Shown piece after piece: positions 8,228 to 17,094 of a stretch of DNA of 64,000 nt (positions within the stretch are counted from its first letter, which is position 1; every line of letters starts with the position of its first letter). The translations under genes and the position numbers were made by a program. The stretch spans positions 69,310 through 133,309 of the forward strand of contig LCHW01000002.1 in the NCBI GenBank assembly GCA_001000675.1. The letters run 5' to 3'. The notes under the pieces were generated by a model. That model ran no database searches and was not told the DNA's origin. It saw only the letters and a program-made list of their open reading frames with translations. Source of the DNA: Candidatus Wolfebacteria bacterium GW2011_GWE2_44_13. GTDB taxonomy: Bacteria > Patescibacteriota > Minisyncoccia > UBA6257 > UBA9933.

Positions 8228-10045
8228 ATGTCATTAGAAGAATTGGAAAAAAAATTATACGGAGTTGATAGAAAAGAAGAGTCAGGCGAGCGGCCAGTAG
8301 AGGCGCATGTACCAAAACAAGAAGCTACTGAGGTGCAAACAGGGTGGAATGCAGAAGCTGCCTCGGGGGAGATACAGCCAAAAGGAAAAGCAGTAAAAAT
8401 GACCGTGATTGGGGTCGTTTTGGCACTGCTCGTTATTGGAGGAGTTTCTTATTATTACATTTCAGAATTTTATAAAACAAAAGATTTGCTGTTTGAGGCG
8501 GAAACGGTGGAGAATATTCTTATCGCACGACCGTTCGATGTTACTGTGAATGTAGAAAATAGATCGAGAACAAGATTACGGGATGCAAAGATTTTTGTAA
8601 CACTGCCCGATGGTGTTATTTCTACCGACACGGCAATGAATCGACAAACAATCGAGGAGTCGGTGGGAGATTTAAATGCAGGAGAGATGATCGAGCGAAC
8701 GTACTCGGTTATCGTAGTGAAAGACGAACAGTCGACCAAAAAGATGGACGTCAATTTTTCCTATTTACCCGAGAATATCAATACGCGGTTTGAGCGCGAA
8801 GAAACATTGGAAGTGCGTGTGGGGCAACCAGCAATCACGCTCGATTTTACAACACCGCAAAATGTGTTCAGCACAGAAAACTTTGACATAGGAATGCGCT
8901 ATAGAAACATTTCTGATATTGATTTTAGAAACGTGCAGGTTCGCTTAATTGTTCCGCCAAAAGTTTCAATCAAGAGTGCCTCAGTAAAGGCAACGACTGG
9001 CGATGCAACGTGGAATGTCGACATACTAAAGCCACAAGAAGAGCGGGCAATCGCAGTAAAGGGTGCTTTTGAAGGAGCGAATCAAGAATTCTTTGAGTTG
9101 AAGAGCCAGGTTGTGGTGATGATAAATGGCCAAGAATATATCATAGGAGAAAAAACGGCAAACCTCGGCATCGCAGCATCTCCATTAAGTCTTGCAATCA
9201 CCGCAAACAATAGAACGGATTATGTAGCAAACCTCGGAGAAGCAATTACCTATACATTAACGTATCGCAATAATACGGATGTGGGGTTGAGTGACGTAAT
9301 TATAAAAGCAAAATTAAAGGGAGAGCTGTTTGATATGGTATCGGTGCGAAGTGAGGGGGGATTTGATTCGCGCACAAATACACTTACGTGGAACACTGCA
9401 GGGATTCCCGCATTGAAATTAATTGGTCCTGGTGTTGAGGGAAGTGTTGAATTTACAATACAAACAAAAAAGGTATTTCCGATCAAACGAATGTTTGATA
9501 AGAATTATGTATTGCAGGTAGCGGGTGAAATCAATTCACCAACTGTTCCGTATAATGTAGCAAGTGATAAGACGGTTGGTTTTGCTGACAGTGAAACGAA
9601 AGTAGCGGGTAACATTACTATTGATACGAAAATAGCGCTCGCTTCTGGATCGGCAGCACCACAAGTAAACAAGCCATCAAAATATTTGGTTACGTGGACG
9701 ATTAGAAACTACGCAACCGATATGCGCGATATAAAAATAAATAGTTCTTTGCAGCCAGGAATAGTGTGGACAGGGGTTGCGAAGGGAAGCAACGGGTCGG
9801 TACCAACATACAATGACCGAACAGGAGAAATAGCATGGGCAATCGAAAAGATTGTTGCAACAAAAGGTGTGATCGGTGCCCCTACTGAAGCAACCTTCCA
9901 AGTGGAGATAACACCTAATATTACGCAGATAGGAGGCTCAATAGAAGTTACAAAAGACGGCATAATGACGGCGGTGGATGATTTTACGGGTATGAGCGTG
10001 ACGCGACAAGTTAAAGGGTTGTTAGCGCCTGGCGCATCTCGATAA
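8228..10045 (+). CDS. Large membrane-anchored surface protein with repeated beta-sandwich (DUF11-like) domains.
   Basis: N-terminal TM helix (VIGVVLALLVIGGVSYYYI) followed by ~500 aa of repeated Thr/Asn/Val-rich segments. Confidence 0.5.
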   Translation: MSLEELEKKLYGVDRKEESGERPVEAHVPKQEATEVQTGWNAEAASGEIQPKGKAVKMTVIGVVLALLVIGGVSYYYISEFYKTKDLLFEAETVENILIARPFDVTVNVENRSRTRLRDAKIFVTLPDGVISTDTAMNRQTIEESVGDLNAGEMIERTYSVIVVKDEQSTKKMDVNFSYLPENINTRFEREETLEVRVGQPAITLDFTTPQNVFSTENFDIGMRYRNISDIDFRNVQVRLIVPPKVSIKSASVKATTGDATWNVDILKPQEERAIAVKGAFEGANQEFFELKSQVVVMINGQEYIIGEKTANLGIAASPLSLAITANNRTDYVANLGEAITYTLTYRNNTDVGLSDVIIKAKLKGELFDMVSVRSEGGFDSRTNTLTWNTAGIPALKLIGPGVEGSVEFTIQTKKVFPIKRMFDKNYVLQVAGEINSPTVPYNVASDKTVGFADSETKVAGNITIDTKIALASGSAAPQVNKPSKYLVTWTIRNYATDMRDIKINSSLQPGIVWTGVAKGSNGSVPTYNDRTGEIAWAIEKIVATKGVIGAPTEATFQVEITPNITQIGGSIEVTKDGIMTAVDDFTGMSVTRQVKGLLAPGASR

Positions 10046-10095
10046 ACACAGTAGGCATAGACAAACACAGGTAAAGATTGGTATAAAGAATTACT

Positions 10096-11493
10096 ATGGA
10101 AAAGAAAGAAAACATGATTGATAAGATAGTTTCCTTGGCAAAGCGAAGGGGCTTTGTGTTCCCATCCTCTGAAATTTATGGAGGATTTGCCGCAATCTAT
10201 GACTACGGGCACTATGGCATCTTGTTAAAAAACAATATTCAGGCTGCATGGTGGAAGCATATGGTCCAGCTTCGTGACGATGTGCTTGGGCTTGATAGCG
10301 CCATATTTATGCATCCAACAACATGGGTTGCCTCAGGACATGTAGGCGGTTTTGATGATCCGCAAATCGATTGCCGTAAGTGCAAGAATCGTATGCGTGC
10401 AGACCACGTGTTGGAAGAGTTCGATATTAACGCTGATAAAGCGCCTATCGAATATATTAATGAACAGCTCGACATTCTTAAGGCAGCGGGTAAGGTAAAG
10501 TGTTCAAAGTGTGGCTCTACCGACCTAACGCCAGCAAAGCGTTTTTCATTGATGGTAAAATCGAATGTGGGTTCGCCAACCGATGCGTTGTCAGAAGACA
10601 ATGTTGTGTACTTGCGTCCAGAAACGTGTGGAGGTATTTATTTGGAATATAAAAATACCGTTGATTCATTGCATCCGAAATTGCCGTTTGGTATTGCGCA
10701 GGTAGGAAAGGCATTTCGTAATGAAATTGTTGCGCGACAGTTCATCTTCCGCACCCGTGAATTCGAGCAAATGGAAATGCAGTACTTCTTACACCCAAGC
10801 CAGATGGAAGAGAAATATGAAATGTGGCATCAGACACGGTGGAATTGGTACTTGAAATACGGGATACCAGAAGACAAATTAAAATGGCACAAGCATGATA
10901 AGCTTGCACACTATGCTTCACAGGCGTACGATATCGAATTTAATTTTCGATCACTCGGTGGTTTTAAGGAAGTAGAAGGTGTCCACGCACGAGGAGATTG
11001 GGATCTTTCACAGCACTCGAAGTTTTCTGGTGTAGCGTTGGATTATTACGATCAAGAAAAGAATGAGCGATTTACACCACACATCATGGAAACGTCGGTG
11101 GGGCTTAACCGGCTTGTGCTGATGTTCTTGGATAATGCATATACCGAAGAGGAGGTAGGCGAAGGAGATGTGCGCACCGTGCTTAAGCTCGACAAGCGTC
11201 TTGCGCCGGTAAAGATAGCTGTTTTTCCATTGTTAAAAAATAAGCCCGAGCTAATAGAAAAGGCGCGTGGCTTGTATGAAGCATTGCGCGAAGATTGGAT
11301 GACCGAGTTCGACGACAGCGGCAACATCGGAAAGCGATATCGCCGACAGGATGAAATAGGTACACCGTACTGTGTCACCGTAGACTTCGACACATTGGAA
11401 GACAATACGGTAACGGTGCGCGACCGCGACACCATGGAACAGAAGCGAATTAAAATAGAAGATTTGCAAACATTCTTTAAAGAAAATTTGTAA
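10096..11493 (+). CDS. glyQS: Glycine--tRNA ligase, homodimeric alpha2 type.
   Basis: Class II aaRS motifs (FRNEI..., TREFEQMEMQYF). Insertion domain with a CxxC...CxxC zinc motif. C-terminal anticodon-binding domain. Confidence 0.88.
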   Translation: MEKKENMIDKIVSLAKRRGFVFPSSEIYGGFAAIYDYGHYGILLKNNIQAAWWKHMVQLRDDVLGLDSAIFMHPTTWVASGHVGGFDDPQIDCRKCKNRMRADHVLEEFDINADKAPIEYINEQLDILKAAGKVKCSKCGSTDLTPAKRFSLMVKSNVGSPTDALSEDNVVYLRPETCGGIYLEYKNTVDSLHPKLPFGIAQVGKAFRNEIVARQFIFRTREFEQMEMQYFLHPSQMEEKYEMWHQTRWNWYLKYGIPEDKLKWHKHDKLAHYASQAYDIEFNFRSLGGFKEVEGVHARGDWDLSQHSKFSGVALDYYDQEKNERFTPHIMETSVGLNRLVLMFLDNAYTEEEVGEGDVRTVLKLDKRLAPVKIAVFPLLKNKPELIEKARGLYEALREDWMTEFDDSGNIGKRYRRQDEIGTPYCVTVDFDTLEDNTVTVRDRDTMEQKRIKIEDLQTFFKENL

Positions 11494-11497
11494 GCGT

Positions 11498-11547
11498 GTA
11501 AATTGACAAAGTAGCACCCACGGTGCTACTTTGTTTTTAGTTCGTAA
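11498..11547 (+). repeat. Copy 1 of a perfect 50 bp direct repeat (gtaaattgacaaagtagcacccacggtgctactttgtttttagttcgtaa) containing a terminator hairpin.
   Basis: Identical to 14248..14297. Hairpin gtagcacc/ggtgctac plus T-run, immediately after the glyQS stop. Confidence 0.85.
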
Positions 11548-11576
11548 GATATTCATTTCTCTCATGGGGAGGCAAT

Positions 11577-12122
11577 ATGAGCCGAAGAAAAAAGGCGCGA
11601 AGGCGCATGGAAGACCGTAGTGGAGGAGGGGAAGAAGGTTTCCATTTCAGCAGATACACATTCAGAGCGATGCGGCAGCGGGAAAATACGCATTACTGCT
11701 TTGTCTGTGGCGGTAAATTCGGATTCACGCCTGGAAGACAGGGGGAGGTGGAGAACGAAAAGGATAACAAAGTCACTCTCAGAAATGAGTGGGGCGAAGA
11801 AGTGCTCCTGCGCGACGCGCTTAGGGACGCACGCCTCGAAAAGTATATTGCCCAGGATGTTCGGTTGCATGAGCAGATAGCCGAAAAGGCCGTGTGGCAG
11901 TTAATGCTTAACCACGCTGCCGATTTTGAGCATACTGCTGAATTCGTGCAGTGGTGCAAAGAGAACGGGTACATTGTGCTCCAGCGCAATCCAATGGAGC
12001 ACCACGACCCTATAGCGCATGCCAATGCGGTTGTTGGAGGAGCTGACCAACACATGTTTGTCAGTGATTGGTTGCGGGCAAGGGCTCCGCAGGGCTTCCC
12101 CTATAGGGTTACGATTACATAG
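11577..12122 (+). CDS. Hypothetical protein, GC-rich (possible CxxC zinc-ribbon element).
   Basis: GGGGAGG RBS before ATG. Terminator hairpin at 12130..12157. Composition distinct from neighbours. Confidence 0.5.
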   Translation: MSRRKKARRRMEDRSGGGEEGFHFSRYTFRAMRQRENTHYCFVCGGKFGFTPGRQGEVENEKDNKVTLRNEWGEEVLLRDALRDARLEKYIAQDVRLHEQIAEKAVWQLMLNHAADFEHTAEFVQWCKENGYIVLQRNPMEHHDPIAHANAVVGGADQHMFVSDWLRARAPQGFPYRVTIT

Positions 12123-12225
12123 GGAACAAGCCGCCGATGCAATCGGCGGCTTTTTTGTGAGAGAGGTTTGCATGTAACGACTTGCGATGTCGTTACAGTA
12201 AACCCAAAGATTTACGGATAGGAAA

Positions 12226-13368
12226 TCATTTAATTTCGATAGGCTGCCCATCCTTAATGATACGCATAACAAGGCTTCTCTCCGCCTCGCAATCATTGTT
12301 GAATGTGATTGTTCCACCAATACCATTGTATGTATGTAATGTGTTTATGAGGTAGTTGGAAACGGACTCAGGTGTTTGCTCTGGTGCGTTGGCAAGGCCG
12401 ACGGCTAAGAGACGAATGCCGTCATACGTATTTGCCACAACCGGGGAGGCTGGTTGGTTGTATGTTTCAGTGAAGCGTTTTTTAAACGCAGCGGCTTCAG
12501 CTGAATCGCTAGTGGTCGGCGTAGCTGCCCACGTATAGCCGGCATACGCAATAGCATTAACCAGAGAGCGGGTTTTTATCTGAGCATTTTCAACGGTCCA
12601 GTTATCGCTGACAATAGGTTTAGAGAATTTAAGTTGGGCGATTTGCTTGAGCATTGGCTCTGTTGAGTTACTTGCATTAATCGCAACAAGAAAATCTATT
12701 TGATTTTGGAGCTCTTTGAGACGAGTTGCCTGCGAGCGAAAATCGGTAACGCTTTGCTCGAATAACTCGGTAGAAACGATTGTGCCACCTTGTTGCTTCA
12801 GAATGGCCTCGATAGATTTTTTCATAGAAACCCCGTAGTCGTTGTTAACGGCTAAAAATGCAATGCGTGGATTTTCAACCTGCGCGAGGAGATAGTTCGA
12901 GATTGCCACAGCATAATCTTCTGCCTTTAACGATATACGGCAAGTAAGCGGACTTCCGTCTGTATAAGAGGGGAGAACCGTATTACTGTTCATTGTAAAA
13001 TTTCCATCCTTTACAATAATCGGTGGCAAGATGCCAGATGCAGGCGCCCCCTCAATATCAAAAAATTTGATACTCCGTAGCTTGAGCGCCTCATAGGCAG
13101 GGATGGCTCGCTTTGGATCCCATGCATAATCTTCGACTATCAGTTCAAGCGGCCTGCCGTTAATGCCGCCCTCATTATTGATATCTGCGACAGCCATTTT
13201 GGCTGCGTTGAGCTGGATCTCTCCGAGAGAGGAGAACGCTCCAGTAGGAAAGGCAACAAAGCCGACTTTAACCGAATCTTTCGGAGAAGAATTTTTGTAA
13301 AAAACAGCGCCAGCGATTACTCCCGCCAGCAAAAGAGCCACTATCAGTAGAGTTATTTTTTTATTCAT
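12226..13368 (-). CDS. ABC-transporter substrate-binding protein, type-1 periplasmic-binding fold (Leu/Ile/Val-binding family-like). Membrane-anchored and orphan.
   Basis: N-terminal signal anchor. VKVGFVAFPTGAFSSLGE...GGINGRPLELIVEDYAW is typical of LivJ-like PBP1 proteins. No permease or ATPase genes adjacent. Confidence 0.7.
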   Translation of the reverse strand: MNKKITLLIVALLLAGVIAGAVFYKNSSPKDSVKVGFVAFPTGAFSSLGEIQLNAAKMAVADINNEGGINGRPLELIVEDYAWDPKRAIPAYEALKLRSIKFFDIEGAPASGILPPIIVKDGNFTMNSNTVLPSYTDGSPLTCRISLKAEDYAVAISNYLLAQVENPRIAFLAVNNDYGVSMKKSIEAILKQQGGTIVSTELFEQSVTDFRSQATRLKELQNQIDFLVAINASNSTEPMLKQIAQLKFSKPIVSDNWTVENAQIKTRSLVNAIAYAGYTWAATPTTSDSAEAAAFKKRFTETYNQPASPVVANTYDGIRLLAVGLANAPEQTPESVSNYLINTLHTYNGIGGTITFNNDCEAERSLVMRIIKDGQPIEIK

Positions 13369-13390
13369 ATGCCATAGTATGAAAGAGAGT

Positions 13391-13439
13391 GGTAACTATG
13401 TAAATCTGTTGTTGAAAATAAACAACAGATAGTGTTACC
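13391..13439. promoter_or_regulatory. 49 bp nested palindrome GGTAAC-TATGTAA-ATCTGTTGTT-gaaaata-AACAACAGAT-AGT-GTTACC in the divergent promoter region. Candidate TrmB-regulator operator.
   Basis: Exact inverted repeats seen directly, between the SBP start (13368) and the regulator start (13448). Confidence 0.45.
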
Positions 13440-13447
13440 ATGGGTAT

Positions 13448-14245
13448 ATGATGAAAAATGTATTAAAAGAACTCGGATTCGCAGATAACACAATTAACGT
13501 ATATGTGCGTTTGCTTCAGTTGGGGAGTGCCTCTGCGCGCCAGCTTGCAGAGAATATTGGCATGCCACGCCCCTCGGTGTACGTGCATTTAAATGCGCTT
13601 ATTGAAAAGGGTTTAGTTGTGGAACAAAACGAAGACAATAAGTCACTATTCCAGCCGAGCGATATAAAAAACTTAGAGCATTTAATGGAAGAAAAGATTG
13701 GAGCGCTTGAGGAGGAACGTAAAAAGTTGAGGCAATACGTTCCTGAACAGCAAGCAAAAAGTGTCGAACCAAAAATCAGACATTTTAGGGGATTAGAGCA
13801 AGTGAGAACAATTCTCAACGACCTCTATTGGTATAAGAACACGGAAATATTATCTATATGGCCAATGAAAGAAATGGTTGCTGTGTTTGGCGAAGAATAT
13901 CTTAGCGATTTTAATAGGAAAAGAATTAAAAATAATAATCCATTAAGAGGTATTTGGCCACAAGACAAGGCTGTAGATATAGATAACTATCCCTTCTCGG
14001 GGACAGGAGTAGGACACAAAAGAACAATGCGGGTTGCTCCGCTCCACATTACATGGAATATGGGATATACAATTTACGGAGATAAGGTTGCCTTTGTTTC
14101 TTCCCGAAAAGAGGCGTTCGGATATATTATCCAAAGCAAAGATTTTGCTGAGTTGATGCGCGCGCAGTTCGAAGTTATTTGGAATATATCCAAACCAATA
14201 AAATATAAGGCACCAGCAAAAGATACATTTTTAGAAACGTTGTGA
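13448..14245 (+). CDS. TrmB-family transcriptional regulator (N-terminal winged HTH plus a C-terminal effector domain).
   Basis: N-terminal LKELGFADNTINVYVRLLQLGSASARQLAENIGMPRPSVYVHLNALIEKGLV matches the TrmB HTH pattern. 265 aa. Confidence 0.6.
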   Translation: MMKNVLKELGFADNTINVYVRLLQLGSASARQLAENIGMPRPSVYVHLNALIEKGLVVEQNEDNKSLFQPSDIKNLEHLMEEKIGALEEERKKLRQYVPEQQAKSVEPKIRHFRGLEQVRTILNDLYWYKNTEILSIWPMKEMVAVFGEEYLSDFNRKRIKNNNPLRGIWPQDKAVDIDNYPFSGTGVGHKRTMRVAPLHITWNMGYTIYGDKVAFVSSRKEAFGYIIQSKDFAELMRAQFEVIWNISKPIKYKAPAKDTFLETL

Positions 14246-14247
14246 TA

Positions 14248-14297
14248 GTAAATTGACAAAGTAGCACCCACGGTGCTACTTTGTTTTTAGTTCGTAA
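14248..14297 (+). repeat. Copy 2 of the perfect 50 bp direct repeat with terminator hairpin.
   Basis: Identical to 11498..11547. Immediately after the TrmB-like gene stop. Confidence 0.85.
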
Positions 14298-14326
14298 CCC
14301 AAAAAAACAGAGAGAGGGAGGTGCGC

Positions 14327-14767
14327 ATGGCAGGAAAAATAATTATTATTGGGACGGGACAGATGGTGTCGCCTACGCCTACGCCTCAAGCGGCATGCTC
14401 AGTAATTGCAGTCTGGTTTTATACAGGGATACAGATTGTGCTCAAGTGTGATTCATTTCTATTCTTGTTTGAACATCCGTACGGAGGAAGGCGTATCGAG
14501 AGTGGGTATCGGCGTCGCGCACACTACGAAAACGATCCAAAATTGATAGGGGTGGGAGAGATTTTATTGCCTATCACTGGAATCAGAATGGCGTACGTGC
14601 GGGCCGACGGCATCGTTGCCATATGTGACAATCGGGAGGGGGCATCTGCTGCAGTGGGAGAAGTTGCGGAGTCATTACGAGCCTTGTTTAAAATTGGTGT
14701 CGGCGATGACATCATAATTGATGAGGTCGGTTATACCGCACTCACGCACTTCTTCAAGGTTATGTGA
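14327..14767 (+). CDS. Hypothetical protein.
   Basis: GGGAGGTG RBS, ORF of about 146 aa, hairpin plus T-run terminator at 14786..14812. Confidence 0.45.
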   Translation: MAGKIIIIGTGQMVSPTPTPQAACSVIAVWFYTGIQIVLKCDSFLFLFEHPYGGRRIESGYRRRAHYENDPKLIGVGEILLPITGIRMAYVRADGIVAICDNREGASAAVGEVAESLRALFKIGVGDDIIIDEVGYTALTHFFKVM

Positions 14768-14815
14768 TGGGAAGGTCACAGGTTTTAGGCCCCGACAAAC
14801 GGGGCCTTTTTACGT

Positions 14816-14848
14816 ATACTGGATACCCTATACCTGATACGCTATACT
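14816..14848 (+). repeat. Tandem heptad repeats (ATACCnn-like, 4-5 units) immediately upstream of a start codon.
   Basis: atactgg-ataccct-atacctg-atacgct-atac. Shares a 13 nt core (ataccctatacct) with 18829..18860. Confidence 0.5.
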
Positions 14849-14854
14849 TTGAAT

Positions 14855-15268
14855 ATGGAAATCGACCAAGCAATATTCAGGGCATATGATATACGTGGAA
14901 AATATCCTGCACAGATAAACGCTGAAGTTGTAAAAGCGGTTATTCCGGCGATATTGCGATGTATGGGCCATAAAAGCAATAAGAAGACCCTCGTTTTGGG
15001 CCATGACGCCCGTTTAAGCTCGCCAGAATTGTATAAGGCGTGTATTGAGGCTTTGGAGAAAGAAAAGGGCGTACGGGTCGTTCCCGCAGGGTTAATAACC
15101 ACTCCAATGCTCTATTTCCTAGTAAATAAGCACCAGGCAGCAGGGGGAATTACGGTGACCGCATCGCACAATCCAAAAGAATGCAATGGGCTTAAAATGG
15201 TGCGCGAGCAAGCAATACCAATAAGCGGAAAGGAGGTTTTGGAACAAATGAAGAAACAGAAGAAATGA
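14855..15268 (+). pseudogene. Phosphoglucomutase/phosphomannomutase fragment, N-terminal domain I only. Likely a truncated remnant.
   Basis: YDIRGKYP...TASHNPKECNGLKMV (catalytic-Ser loop) but only ~138 aa. Domains II-IV are missing. The stop overlaps the holB-like start (ATGA). Confidence 0.5.
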
Positions 15269-15954
15269 AAGAACGGCACGCAAAACTGCAAAAAGATTTT
15301 GAGGCACTTATATCTAAGGAGCAGGTATTTCATGCATATGTTTTTTTTGGCGAAGATGAACAGGCGATGGTGGATTTTTCTCGCCAACTTGGACATAGGC
15401 TCGAACACGGAACGTTTGAAAGCGAGGGGAAGTTTTTAAACGATTTTTTGTACGTTGAGCCGGTTGAAAAAGAAAGTATCGGTATCGATGCAGTACGCGC
15501 AGTACAAGAATTTTTATACCGAAAGCCGATTGTTTCAAAAAAACGAACAGCGGTTATTTGTCCTGCAGATGCTATTACCGACGAAGGACAAAGTGCATTA
15601 CTCAAGATAATCGAAGAGCCTCCCAAGGATGCGCTTATTATATTAATCGCACATGCAGCAGACAGCGTAATACAAACAATTAGTTCGCGCGTGCACGAAG
15701 TATATATTCCATCGGACATAGGGAAAAAAGAAGGGGAAGATTTTTTCTCAGAAACGCTTGGGGTGTTGCGAAAGCATCTGGTAAAAAACAGTGCGCTCGC
15801 ACATGAAATTATCAGAAGAAAGATGGCTATGGATCGCTATAATGTAAACAAGCCACTACAAATGCGTTTACTCGAAGGGTATGCAGAGCAATACGGAATA
15901 GCGAAAAAGCCAAAGGCAGTTGTAGAAAAAAGGAGAACAAGAAAGAAGGCATAA
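15265..15954 (+). CDS. holB: DNA polymerase III delta'-like clamp-loader subunit, without a Walker A motif.
   Basis: AAA+-like layout (HAYVFFGEDEQ...; ALLKIIEEPP...; SRV). 229 aa. Confidence 0.5.
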   Translation: MKERHAKLQKDFEALISKEQVFHAYVFFGEDEQAMVDFSRQLGHRLEHGTFESEGKFLNDFLYVEPVEKESIGIDAVRAVQEFLYRKPIVSKKRTAVICPADAITDEGQSALLKIIEEPPKDALIILIAHAADSVIQTISSRVHEVYIPSDIGKKEGEDFFSETLGVLRKHLVKNSALAHEIIRRKMAMDRYNVNKPLQMRLLEGYAEQYGIAKKPKAVVEKRRTRKKA

Positions 15955-15968
15955 GATACGATATACAC

Positions 15969-16541
15969 ATGCAGAGAAGAAATGAAAAAGAAAATAAAGG
16001 GCATGTGTGTAAGTATATTTACGAAACTTCTTGTGAATTATTTCATCAACAAGGAGAAGAAAAGGGAAGCCATATATTGCTTATTGGAGAATCGCCTGCG
16101 GCAAGCGGATGGCACGAAGGAAAAGCATGCAGGGCGGTAAGTGGAAAATTATTAGCATCGGGCAAACGACTCGATGAGTTACTAGAGCCGTTTGGACTAT
16201 CAACAGACATCTGCGGATTTACAGAACTTTCAAAATGCTGTGTGGATGATAGGCGGGATTTAATAGAATGTAGTGAGAAATGTTGGCCTCTGTTTATCGG
16301 ATTACTAGAACAACATAGTTATAAACTGCTTGTATTGTTGGGCGTGCATACAACAACACTTGCAACAAAGCTTTCGGGAATAGCGTTACCTATGGGAGAA
16401 ATAACAAATGCCACGGTAGGTAAAAAGACATACGCAATACTTCCCATCTATCATCCATCTCCAATAAATCCACAGGGAAGAGCGCGAAATAAGGCAATTT
16501 TCCTGAACAAAAAAGAAGCTATTGCAGAAATAATACAATAA
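15969..16541 (+). CDS. Uracil-DNA glycosylase superfamily protein (family 4/5-like).
   Basis: LLIGESPAASG (GE-P motif), Cys cluster and PIYHPSP C-terminal motif. Confidence 0.7.
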   Translation: MQRRNEKENKGHVCKYIYETSCELFHQQGEEKGSHILLIGESPAASGWHEGKACRAVSGKLLASGKRLDELLEPFGLSTDICGFTELSKCCVDDRRDLIECSEKCWPLFIGLLEQHSYKLLVLLGVHTTTLATKLSGIALPMGEITNATVGKKTYAILPIYHPSPINPQGRARNKAIFLNKKEAIAEIIQ

Positions 16542-16560
16542 ATGTGATATTATTATACTA

Positions 16561-17022
16561 ATGGTAGATACGAAAGAAGCCCTTCTTAAATATCTGAGTT
16601 CACAAAAGGTTATGGCTCTCGCAACATTTGGTAATCACGTGGAGTCTTGCACGGTGTATTTTTCTGTAGATAAAGATTTAAATTTTTTCTTTATCAGTAA
16701 TCCAGAAACCGAGCATTGTAAAAATATTGCAATAAATCCTAAGGTTGCTGCTTCTATAGCAGATGACGGGCAAGATGTACTGGATAAAAAGATTGGTGTA
16801 CAAATAAAAGGAATAGCGGAGGAATTATCGAGCATCGAAACAGTGCTTGCAGCACTTACCTTTTGGAACAAGGCAAACTTTATCTCAGACGAGCCAATTA
16901 GTGTTGAGCAAATGAAAAAGAAAGTCATGTCTTCGCGGGCATACAAAATAAAACCAACAGAAATTAAGTTTTTTAATGAAGCATTGTTTAGCCCAGGCGG
17001 ATACGATATTCTTGTGCCGTAA
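16561..17022 (+). CDS. Pyridoxamine 5'-phosphate oxidase-like, FMN-binding split-barrel protein.
   Basis: MALATFGNHVESCTVYFSVD...FFISNPETEHCKNIAINPKVAASIAD pattern typical of the PNPOx-like fold. Confidence 0.55.
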   Translation: MVDTKEALLKYLSSQKVMALATFGNHVESCTVYFSVDKDLNFFFISNPETEHCKNIAINPKVAASIADDGQDVLDKKIGVQIKGIAEELSSIETVLAALTFWNKANFISDEPISVEQMKKKVMSSRAYKIKPTEIKFFNEALFSPGGYDILVP

Positions 17023-17094
17023 AAAGAAATGTGTAGGAATGGAATAAAAAAAGTGGCTCCCCGAAGGGAGCCGTTTTGTTTTGCGCGACAGCGG

